A stretch of 64,000 nt of DNA from positions 840,506-904,505 of the forward strand of contig ML992508.1 in NCBI GenBank assembly GCA_010093995.1, written 5' to 3'. The stretch comes from Elsinoe ampelina. Lineage: Eukaryota. Every line of letters starts with the position of its first letter. Within the stretch, counting starts at the first letter, position 1. Both the position numbers and the translations under genes were made by a program. Below the pieces are notes generated by a model. The model saw only the letters and a list, made by a program, of their open reading frames with translations, ran no database searches and was not told the DNA's origin. This document shows, piece by piece, positions 48,507 through 59,084 of this stretch.

Positions 48507-49039
48507 GCTTCAAGGTCACCTCAACAGCGAGACTTTACGGAGCAGTATCAACATGGCATCGACTATTGGCAGCTCCGGCACTTGTGCAGGAGGTGTGAAG
48601 GACCCCGGAGCATACCTTGGTGATGCTTGAGCATGAATATGGCGAGGATAATGCAGGTGTAATGGAGGAGTAATACAAGCGGCGGACAGAAGGCGACCAG
48701 CCAGCCCAAGAGGCATATTGTGCATAGCTATACAACATGCAATGGACCAATGCTCCACGTCCACTGTCTCCTTCCTTGTGCCTTGTTTTTGCATAGATTG
48801 CTCGAAATGTGAAGCATGAACTCTCCTCCGAGGGCAAGCTCCACAATCGGCGGTTTCGTGTTCTGATTGGTCGGCTGACTCGAGACGCCATTTCCGCCGC
48901 AACAGCAAACACGCACCACAACCTCAACCTCGTACACCATTTTTCCAGCCCAGTCCACCACGCTCGCTTCCAACACTCGCTGACGACTTTCTACTACACC
49001 TGCGCACGTCGCGCTTGATCTTGCAACACGATCGCAACC

Positions 49040-50240
49040 ATGTCGGCCCCCAGCACAGCGCACATCGAGCGCAACCGACTCCCCAACCTCTGGGAAGTGC
49101 TATCACGCACAACCAAAGCCCCCGTCGACCTCTACTCCTTCTACATCTACATGCGCGACACGCAACGGTCCGTCGACTACCTCGACTTCTGGCTCGACGT
49201 CTCCCAACACATGTCGCTGTGCCGACACTACGTACGCGGACTCCGGCGCTCGGTCCTCATCGACACCCCGGACGCCGCCTCGAAACGCTCCTCCGCCATC
49301 CTGGGCGACTACCCGGACACGTCCTACATGGGACCCAGCTACACGGACCGCGGGCGCGACGACAGCGTCGCCGGGCCCAGCACCTTCGAGCGCAAATCCA
49401 CGTCGGACCAACGCCTGTCGGCCTTCCTCCGCGAAAACGGCACCGGCATCAAGCACTCGCCCACCAACTCGCGAGGCAGCGCGAACTCCAACGAACCCAC
49501 TCCCCCCTCGGAGCAACCCCCTCGCCCCTCCTTCATGGCCTCCTCGCAGTCCGGCTCGCCCGCCAACGAAAGCAGTCCCGGCACGTCCAACGTCGGCCGC
49601 GCAGACATTCGCGCTTCGGCGGAGAAGATACTCTACACGTACCTGCTGGCCGGGAGCGAGAGGGAGATTATACTCCCCGTGGGGATACTGGACGATATCA
49701 CAATGGCGATTGAACGGGACGGAAGGGATGATCCCGAGGTGTTTGACGCGGCGAAGGATTACGTGTTCCAGGCGATGGAGAGGGATGCGTTCCCTGGTTT
49801 CTTGAGGATGAAGGCGTTGGGGAACGTGGTGCAGCCTGGGATGTTGCTCAGGTTGATCGCGGGGTTGGTGAGTTTGTTCGCGGCGTTCTGGACGGGGTTT
49901 GTCTTGATTTTTCTGGATTATGGGAGGGGGACGAGGTGTTGGGTAAGTCTGAAATATTCCCGCTGTCTCTCGCTCGAGGGGTTTTCGGACTGACCGGGTG
50001 TAGCTTGTTCTGCCTTTCCTGGCGGGGATTTACTTCCTCGCTTCGCATCAGTACATGCTGGATCCTCTACTCGCCCTGGTTGGGTACTCGGAGTACACGT
50101 TCATGCACTTTCAGCGTGTCAAGGAGCCGTTTGTGCGGAAGCTGCTCAACAAGCGCGCGCTGATGTGTCTGGGAGTCATCTTCTTGATCACGGCTGCGTT
50201 GTGTCTGCTTTTCATATTGGTTCCGGGCAAGAGGCTGTGA
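49040..50240 (+). CDS. RAX1: Rax1, RGS-domain bud-site/polarity protein (exons 49040-49942, 50004-50240)
   Basis: RLPNLWEVL.R.T..PVDL.SFYIYMRD.QRSVDYLDFWLDV; GRDDPEVFD.AKDYVFQAMERDAFPGFL; three C-terminal TM helices ending VPGKRL*. Confidence 0.93.
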
Positions 50241-50650
50241 CACAGCTATGATCGGAGAAGACGAAACAAGGGTTGAGGGCCGGACAGGCTTGCTGTATAA
50301 TTTAGGATATCATCATATGCGGTGCGAGCATGGCGTTTGGACACGGGAATACCTATCTTGATGGATACGGGGATCTTGAGGGCTGGATCTGTTTGCATAC
50401 TATGCAATTAATGACACAATGTGGACATCATCGTGGAGGAAGAAGTGCAAGTGACTGGCACGTTGAGTACCCCGATATAACATTACACAAGCAAAGCCCC
50501 CGAAGGGCTGAAAGGCTACTGTCGCTCACAGCGACCAAAGCGCAAGATGAATTCCTAGAATATCCTCCCAGCAATGCCTTTTGGATCATCCCCAAACGCC
50601 ACGCTCTCTCGACTGGTTCGAGCACTATTAATTGTTTGTCGACAATGAAA

Positions 50651-52421
50651 TCAAAGCTCCGACTGTGCAATTCCCAAGGCAGCTTTGACTGCTTGAGCAC
50701 CTTCCTTGCCCGATCCTTTACCTGCTGCAAGAATACCGAATCGAAGGAAGACTTCAGAGCAGGTGACCAGGATGGAAATGATGATGAGAACGATGATGAT
50801 CCATGTGATTCCTGGAAACGGTTAGACATGGTCAAGGACAGAGATGGGGGGAGATGTTACTGGTCATCTTCGTGTCCGCTATGCTGTCTGATAAGATCTC
50901 GGCGAGGTCAAGGAAGACTCTGCATCGCTCGTTGAGGACTTGAATGCGGGGCTTGATCTCGAGATACTCTCGAACAGCGGCGTAGAGTGGGTGTAAAGTT
51001 GGTTCGGAGTCCCAGAAGAAGTTGGGAGTGTCGAGCATGTTGGACGCTATTGGCGTGTCAGTACTGTCATGAGAAGAGGTTAGGGGATATTTACAGAGGT
51101 TCACGTCCACTCTACCTTCGAATAGCTTGCCGACGAGAGTGACGACTTCGGTCCTGCTCATGCCCAATCTGCCTTCCAGGGCTAGCTTGCGAGGGACGTA
51201 TTGCGCTTCACTCATAGTGCGTGCCATGCGCTCTTCGAAGAAGGAGAGCTTGGTGCTTTGACCAATGGCGTGGCTCATGGCCAGCTTTATCATGTGGTCG
51301 CTTGTTCTGAGCGTAATCATGTCATTGAAAATGCGCGGCTTTTCCACTTCGCGGTTGTATTCGAAGTGGAACTCTTCCGTCTCAAAGTCGGCCTCAGTCA
51401 GAGGTTTCGTCAGGAGTGGTGCCTTCGTCAGACCTGTGTAAGGAGAGTTGCGTAGTTGGTCGAATTTGGCAGCCTGTACGCTGGACGAAGAGGAGAACGT
51501 GAGATCCGCCAGCATGTCCTTCTCTTGGTGCTCGGTAAAGTTCCAGAAGACTGCAACACCATAACTGAAGATGAATAGCTCTGCCGCCATGGTCGCATCA
51601 GGGGCAATGGGAGTTCTCGGTGAAGGATAGTCGAGCGAGCTGGCATTGCTAGGCCGTCGTTCGTCCCTGTCATCGTACTGCTCAGCTTGTCTTTCCGGCT
51701 CTTCCTGGCGGGTCTGATCTGGCGACATTTGTCCCTCATTACCAATGACAGAGTATTCGGCGTGTTCGTCTCGCCATCCTTCCCTGTATGCTCGGCGCTC
51801 GTTCATCTCGATCTGCTCGTCCAGAACACTTTGGCCGCCAGGGTTCTTCAAGACCGGACTGCTTCTTATCCTATAGCCGTCGCTACCCCCTAAAAGTGGC
51901 AGTTGGTAGACGCAGTATAGACAATCGTCGTATAGCTTAGTCTTCGCGCCGTGCTGATCTCGGATAAACTCTGCCGTTGTCCTCAGCTTGAAACTTTGTG
52001 CTGTACAGTATGCTGTGACTCTTGCGAGTTTATCTGCTCGCCTTGCCTTTGGTAATCGTTCAGCATAACTCTTACTCCCATGTCGGCCTTTTCTCTTCCT
52101 TGCAGCAATCTCCTCGTCGTTGGGCGGTGCGCTGTCGTCATCCTCACCAAGCTCTGATCTATCGTCGGGTGGAGATCCAGGGTCGGGGATAAGCACAAGC
52201 TTCTCGCTGACTTTACTTGTTCGGGCAGGAATATGTCCAGAAGGTATGGGTAATGGACGTCCAGAGAGTTTTGGATCCAGAGGATGTCTGCCGCTGGGTG
52301 TTCGGTGGTGGACGAGAGGTCGACTGCCGGGCGTGACTCGTCTTTGCGCCGAAGGAATTTCGGAAGCGTACTGGAGGACATTGTCAACGGATATTATCCT
52401 TGTATTCTGTCGAGTCATCAT
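50651..52421 (-). CDS. RMD1/RMD8 family (DUF155) protein, two introns
   Basis: RVTAYCTA, FIFSYGV.VFWNF, ETEEFHF, PRI.ND.ITL, SHAI.QS.KL..FE, YLEI.PRI.VLNERC, C-terminal TM ITWIIIVLIIISI. Confidence 0.92.
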
Positions 52422-54078
52422 ATTCGAAGGTCGCGGCGGTTGACGCCATGGCGTTTCACGTGCATCCGTTACCTATTTGATTAGTAGGCTGTCCATCTGC
52501 AGATGTTGTTTCCATACCAGCACGGTCGGGCCACGCTTCTTGCCCTGCGGCGCCGACATGTTGGGCACCATGTCTTGTAGCGATTGGGCGCGTGCTATCG
52601 GACACTTGAGAGGATCATGCTGTTGTGTAAAGTTGCAGGACCGGCCGAAGTGCAGAGAGGGAAGAGGGTGAGCTGTCAGTGACACCTTGGCAATCTGCGG
52701 AGGAACTTCCATTGACATCTGCAAATTGACGTCACCCTGCTTGACTTTAAGCAGTGGAGAACCTCATGCTCGCCACGTGGCAGGTTGGAAGGTTCATGGA
52801 CACGGAAATTCAAGTCAACCAGTACACAAGTGCTACTTGATTCTACAAAGTGCAATTGTGATTCGCGTACATGTGTATCTTGCACAGATCCGGCCTTCGC
52901 GTCTTGTGCCGAATGTCGACCTGACCTACCAAAGATTGGAATGGAAGTCGCGTAGCGCAAGGATAGGCCAGGGAACTAGCTACATGCGAGACGAAGAAGG
53001 TGAAGCTACCGAGACAAATGCAAGATCTCTGATGACAGCAAAGTCCATCGTGGTCCTTCTTTCGCAAAGTTACCGTGCCTGATATTCGTCCTAGACGATC
53101 CAAGCAGCAGGATCATAGCTCAGCATCGATCCGATCCTGCCAGCGCGACCTTGGATGACATGTCAACATTAGTAGTGGTCCGAACTGATGGAGATAGAAA
53201 TGTAACACTGACCTGGGAAAAGGGTGACCCAAGTGTAGTCCTCGTCAGAGTAATCGGAATCGAATGGAACCCTTTACCCATGACCAGTCAAGGTCATGAG
53301 CTCAAGGCACGCCGCGTATTGCACTAAAGTATCTTGCCGTAGCAAATACAATCTTCGCACCAGCTCCCATAGGAACCACGACAAGCGTAGTCCTGAGTTT
53401 CTGATGCCGGTAGCGGGCGTGTTCACGCCGTGCGGTCACCCGCAGTGGCCAGTGGCAGCCGGATCCTGGGTAACAGCGAGGGCGTTGCATGGCAGAAGGT
53501 GAAGATTACTCCGAATTTCTCATTTGCTTGAATGACGAGAGCAAGCTCTGTCTGTGTGGGAGCAAAGAAACGCAGCGTTGACGAGGACGACACTTGGGTG
53601 AAGAAGGAAGAGAGAGGTCGGGGTGAAGCTGAAGATTTGATACTGTGCGGAGCGAGTCATGGTCTTGGCAATTGGTCATCGGAGATACACTCGCTCACTT
53701 CGTTGCCTGCTTGTTCTTGACATTGACAATGGCAATCACAATTGATCACAGTCCCCGTCACATCGACCCACCAAGCTGCATCAAGCACATTCTGCATCAG
53801 CGATTGCGACGAGTCTCTGAGAGAATGAGCTGGACTTCATGGGCCAGCATCCCTGGTCGAGCCGGGGTTTCAGGTCCTTCCGTGCCGCCCTCTCCTGCAT
53901 CTCACACTGTCGCGATCCATGTCTTTCCCTGCTCACAGCACGCTTGGTCGACTGCATACTGCACGGTCCACAACCATTGACCGGATGACCCCCGAAGACT
54001 TCGACCAACAGCGGACGCCAGCGGTATCGCTCTGTCCAGGATGACTTCCCCGCAGATTTGGAATCCTAAGATCTTGAC

Positions 54079-54764
54079 CCGAGGCACATTCTCGACCCCT
54101 GGAGATGACAGGACGCCGGATCCATACACCCATACCCCACTGTGGACATGCAGGTGCAGGTGACCGATGGTACCTGTCAAGCATGACCGAATCATGGCTG
54201 ACGCAAGGGGAGCTTGACAGGGACAAGCAATCCAAGCTTTCTAGGCCTCGGTATGTAACGGACAATTCTTTTTGCTTTCCTTCCACTCCTTCTCATGACC
54301 ATCCTTCCCGAGTCTGCATGCTTGACCGCGTGATCAGTGCAATTTGCCAACAACGGACAATGACCCCGCAATTTTCTGCAAGAGCACGACCGAGGACATG
54401 GATGAGCATGCATCTCAGGCCAGACTCCAACTACTTTTGGGATGTGCAGGTTGGCGTCTCCAAGCTTTGTGGAGCCTGATGCGTGACACTGAGTCTTTAA
54501 TATACCTGCAGTGACAGCTTGTGGCTTGCGTGGGGTAGCATTGCTGCATGATGCCTGTTCAGCTTCACTTCCTGAAACCGAGGCCTGCTTCCCATGTGGT
54601 GGTCGGGGTAGTATCTGCTTCAAGATCCCTCGGTATCTTGAGGCCTTTGACAGTATCTACTATTGATCACTGCAGAATGGTCCGACAAGCTGCATGAGGT
54701 CCTCTTATACCGCGGCATGATCGTGTTGGACCATAGCATCGGGCAAGCCTGAGACGTCTATAAA
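54079..54764 (+). promoter_or_regulatory. Cutinase promoter: five CCTCGG/CCGAGG (FarA/CTF1-type) sites, several SYGGRG (CreA-type) sites, TATAAA at ~54759
   Basis: Sites at 54079, 54246, 54390, 54578 and 54628. Confidence 0.6.
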
Positions 54765-54861
54765 GACCGTAGACTTGTCAGCTCAAACGTCTTGCATCTC
54801 AGCATCTCAAGACACTAGCCAAGCTACTTCTCACATCACTTCAACTACCAGTGTCGCCAAC

Positions 54862-55613
54862 ATGAAGTTCACCACCGCTTTCATCGCCCTCTTCGCGGCT
54901 GTCAACGCCATGCCCACCGCCGATGCTGAGGCTGAAGCCGTCGCCGAGTTCTCCAAGCTCGAGCAGCGTGCTCAGCTCGAGACCCGCGCCACCGGCAACA
55001 CTGTCAACGAGCTCGCCAATGGAGCTTGCCGCGCCGTGACCTTCATCTTTGCTCGGGCTTCCACCGAGACAGGCAACATTGTATGTTTCCATCACTTCTC
55101 CTGCTTATCCATTTCTAACAACATCAGGGCTCTTCAGTCGGACCACCAACATGTGACGGCCTCAAGTCTCGCCTCGGCGCCAACAACGTTGCGTGCCAGG
55201 GTGTCGGTGGACCTTACTCCGCCGCACTTGCCGACAATGCTCTCCCATCCGGAACCACGCAAGCCGCCATCAATGAAGCTGCTCGCCTTTTCACTCTCGC
55301 CACCACCAAATGCCCCAATACAAAGATCGTCGGTGGCGGCTACAGCCAGGGCGCAGCTGTCATCCACGGCGCAGCCAAGACACTGTCTTCTGCCGTGCAG
55401 AACAAGGTCGTCGGACTCATCACCTACGGCGATACAAGGAAGGCTCAGGACAATAACCGCATCCCTCCCTTCCCGGCATCCAAGACTCAGATCTTCTGCA
55501 ATGCTGGAGATGGTGTTTGCGTCGGGACTCTGGTCGTCACTGCTGCTCATCTTGCTTACCAGGGATCTGTCAACCCAGCTGTCAACTTCTTGGTTGGTAG
55601 AGTCAACGCTTAA
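54862..55613 (+). CDS. Cutinase (CE5), secreted; exons 54862-55080, 55128-55613
   Basis: Signal peptide; C..V.FIFARASTE.GN, GYSQG, C..GD.VC.G......H..Y. Confidence 0.96.
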
Positions 55614-55891
55614 GCGGCGGTTACCTACCCAAGCCGTGAATGGAAAAGTCTACGATGACCGGTGAAAAATCTCTGATAGCTTCTTGTCTACAAATTGAAT
55701 GAATCCATGTTCGATGCTTGCAATCCAATCCTCTCCCGCCTGTCAATCCCCTCATGCACCAATCCTACCCCTGGTGACAACCTTCCCGTGGCAAAGCCCC
55801 CAACCCCATGATCAATCTTCAGCCAAAACCCCCACCCCTCGCCCTTCAATTCCCCATTTCCCCTCCCTATCCCCCTCACCCCCTCACCCCC

Positions 55892-58402
55892 TCACCCATT
55901 CCCTCCCCCCCCTCCTCCCTCCCTCCTACTCCCCACCATCCTCAACCCCACCTCCAAAGTCCCCGGCCCCTTCAACCCCCTCCTCCCCTCCCCCACCACC
56001 TCCCACCCCTCCGGCACGTTCACCTCAACCTCCGTGCCCCCGGGCACCAAAACCTCCACCCACCCCCCCTCGAACCCCTCCCCCCACTCCACCCTCACCC
56101 CCACTGTACCGGCGACCGTCTCCATCTCCACCTCCACCTTCCTCACCCCCGCCACGACGGGCGCGACTTCCCACTTCTTCCACCCTGGGGACGTGGGGCG
56201 CAGACCGGCGAGGTATTTCGGCAGGAGAAACACGGGGCCAGTGGACCAGCCGTGGCAGAGGGAGGTGTCGTCGTGCGCCGGGACGAGGGTGGGCGTCGAC
56301 GACTCTGGTGTCGTGGGCGAGGTCGAGGACGAGGGGCCGGGAGAGGGGGAAAGGGTGAGCGCTTCCCAGAAACAGCCCGAGTAGTTCGGGTCCGAGGGGC
56401 GGGTCATTGGTTCCCAGACTTTTTTGATGAGGGAGATGGCGTCGGGACCTTTCTGTGTGGCGAAGAGGGCTTCGGCTGCGAAGGAGGAGGTGAAGGGGGA
56501 GATGAGGTTGGGGGGGAAGGGTGGGGTGGAGGGGAAGGCGGGAGGTGGGAAGGGGGAGGTGGGGTTGAGAAGGGGGAGGTGGGACGGGTGAGACGGGAGG
56601 AGGCCGAGGAATAGGGCGTGGGAGAGGGATTGTTGGGTGTAGGAGGGGAGGAGGGTGGAGGGGGTGAGGAGGCCGGTTTTGGGGTTGTGAAGGTGGGTGA
56701 GGATGGAGGTGGAGAGGGTGGTGGCGAGTGCGTTGAATGGAGTGGTGGAGGTAAGGATGCATTCGGACATGTGGTACATCGAGCATAGTGCCTGGTAGTA
56801 GGCGAGGTTGATGTGCGTAGCGGGCCCGAAGATGGGGCCGCCGAGGGGGAGGAAAGTGAGGGAGAGTGGTGGCGGGGCGTCGACAAGACCTTGGTGGTTG
56901 ATATGGGATTGGACAAAGTCGATGAACTTGCAGAGTTTGGGCCAGACTTGTTGGACCGTGTCGTCGTCGCCAGTGTGGAGCCAGTAGTCTTTGATGGCAA
57001 TCACCAGTAAGAGGGCGTACTCGAGCGAGTAGAACGCATAGGTTGGGACCTCTTGATGCTCGTCATGCAGAGGTGCTTGAATAGGACAGAGATTCCCAAG
57101 ATAGCCATCCTTGGTCTGATGACTCGATAACAAGTCGATACTACCCTTCACAGCCTCCATCTGCGCAGTCGAGTATGCTACAGCTTGTCCCAGAATGAAA
57201 AGATCGCCGCCAAACACAGATCGGTCTCGCTTGGCTCCGTCAATCGTGCATGCCACAGTGTTTGTTCCCACACCGAAGTCCAGCATTGTCCTGTCTTGCT
57301 CGGCCGATGTTAGTGGGTTCCTGTACAGCTCATTGCCGTCCAAGCCATGGACGGCGAGATCTCGATAGTCAGTGACCCATCCGGCAGGTCCTCCCAGAGC
57401 AATAGAGCCCGTGTTGTTGGATGCTCCTCCGAGGAGGGGGTGAATGTCTAGGTCGTAAAGTGTTGTGATTGTCCTACCATCAATCACCACAGTCGCTGAA
57501 CTACCAGAAGTCTGCACCAATACCGAGGTCCAGTCCTGAAGACTGATGTTGTAGGGTAATGCCCACTGACCGCGCAATTTCGATGGAAAGACGCTCGATT
57601 TATCCGCCAGTCCTTCAAAGGCTTTAAGCTCTCTGGTAGTGACGTCCAGGCAGAAGATGAGACCATTTGCCACCATGTGGATCCCCCAGCTGGCTCCTCC
57701 CTGATGAATTTTGACCTGGAAACGAACGACTTTGTCTGCCCAACGGGTGCCATGCCGGCATGGAGCCCAATGCTGACCATAGACTCTGGTACGGTCTTCC
57801 AGAAAGTCCCATGCAGGTTGTGTCTGCCCCTTCTCGACTGTACACTTGTCGACAGTACGCAGTCCGTGCTCCCAGATTTGCGTGAGTACAGGATCCGAAC
57901 AACTGAATCGACACTTTGACTCATGTCCAGATCGGAAAGGCATGAGGCCAATAGCGTCGAAGATGAGCGAGCAATGTGTCGATAAGAGTATGATTTTCTG
58001 GTATCTCAAAGAGCCTTGCGAAAATCGAGCTTCATAGTATCGACTTTCGGACGATGTTGGAACGGTGTACTCGATACTACGATAGGTGTCCATCGCATTC
58101 GAAAAGAGGAAGTATGGGCCATCGCCGTCTGCCTTGTCAATCCCCTCTCGTGTCTCGCTGTATACTATTCGGAATTTGATGTGCCGTCGACTATCTGCCT
58201 GACATCGTATACCAAAGACGGGATATCCACCTTCGGCTCGGCCATAGTCAAGAATGATCTCGGACTGGTGACTTGCATTGACGATGGTCAAGCATTTCGT
58301 CTCCGAGACGCTTACCAGGCCCTTGAAAGCCAATATGTCAACCGGTTTTGTGTATGATGCATGTGGTGGCCAACAGGATTTCAAATGCGGCGATAAGATC
58401 AT
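55892..58402 (-). CDS. Alpha-L-rhamnosidase, GH78 (no signal peptide, single ORF 836 aa)
   Basis: ILDYG...GG, F.CSD..L..IW, DGAKRDR, Y...TGD, G.FWE, SLCHGWS.GP. Confidence 0.88.
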   Translation of the reverse strand: MILSPHLKSCWPPHASYTKPVDILAFKGLVSVSETKCLTIVNASHQSEIILDYGRAEGGYPVFGIRCQADSRRHIKFRIVYSETREGIDKADGDGPYFLFSNAMDTYRSIEYTVPTSSESRYYEARFSQGSLRYQKIILLSTHCSLIFDAIGLMPFRSGHESKCRFSCSDPVLTQIWEHGLRTVDKCTVEKGQTQPAWDFLEDRTRVYGQHWAPCRHGTRWADKVVRFQVKIHQGGASWGIHMVANGLIFCLDVTTRELKAFEGLADKSSVFPSKLRGQWALPYNISLQDWTSVLVQTSGSSATVVIDGRTITTLYDLDIHPLLGGASNNTGSIALGGPAGWVTDYRDLAVHGLDGNELYRNPLTSAEQDRTMLDFGVGTNTVACTIDGAKRDRSVFGGDLFILGQAVAYSTAQMEAVKGSIDLLSSHQTKDGYLGNLCPIQAPLHDEHQEVPTYAFYSLEYALLLVIAIKDYWLHTGDDDTVQQVWPKLCKFIDFVQSHINHQGLVDAPPPLSLTFLPLGGPIFGPATHINLAYYQALCSMYHMSECILTSTTPFNALATTLSTSILTHLHNPKTGLLTPSTLLPSYTQQSLSHALFLGLLPSHPSHLPLLNPTSPFPPPAFPSTPPFPPNLISPFTSSFAAEALFATQKGPDAISLIKKVWEPMTRPSDPNYSGCFWEALTLSPSPGPSSSTSPTTPESSTPTLVPAHDDTSLCHGWSTGPVFLLPKYLAGLRPTSPGWKKWEVAPVVAGVRKVEVEMETVAGTVGVRVEWGEGFEGGWVEVLVPGGTEVEVNVPEGWEVVGEGRRGLKGPGTLEVGLRMVGSRREGGGGGGNG

Positions 58403-59084
58403 GACAGCGATTGTGGAGAGAGAGCAGTTCTGGAATGACGGTCGCGCGAAGGGTAGGAAAACATCAACTTACGCATGTCCCCCATTAGAGCCTGACAGTC
58501 GTAAGTTGACCCGAACGACGCGTCCACAAGGCGGCGCTGGGTGAATGAACAACGAGATAATCTAGCCACGCTTAGCTCCATCGGAGGATATGGAGGGAAG
58601 AGAGGGAAACGTTCGAGACGTGGGAAGCGAAGGATGTGGAGGAATGGACTTGGTCCTCGGTATTCTTGTGCCCAAAAATCGCGGGATAAGCTTGGCAAGC
58701 CCTCCGCGAATTTGCGTGACCAGACACCAATTTACCCCCAAACAACACTCCTAACACGGTTTACACCCCCTATGAAGCTGTAATCAAGCTGGATAACTGA
58801 CTAATATAGGATTTGAGGGTGTACTAATGTCCCTATTGACTAATATTTCCACCTAAGCTCGAATTAGCTATTAGCGCGCCCTAAACAGTTTACTTAACTT
58901 CTCTATAGCATTACTACCACTAGACAGCTTAATCGAGAGTTCTAAGCAATCTCTAACTCCTTAGCTAGAGGGTAGTTATAAGATCGACGAAGAGAGGTTA
59001 ACTACATGTCCTGTCTAATACATAATATAATTGTACGCTTCGTTAGCTACTAGAAGGTTATTGCCGCTCTTAAACTTAGAGCAA

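Noticed and set aside
52480..54780. Many short ORFs in the 2.3-kb gap (also 42400-43580)
   Set aside because: No coherent gene model or motif; consistent with regulatory intergenic DNA, though a small gene or ncRNA cannot be excluded.
55699..57000. Long Pro/His-rich overlapping ORFs (extensin-like)
   Set aside because: Alternate frames of the GH78 3' end, kept open by C/G skew.
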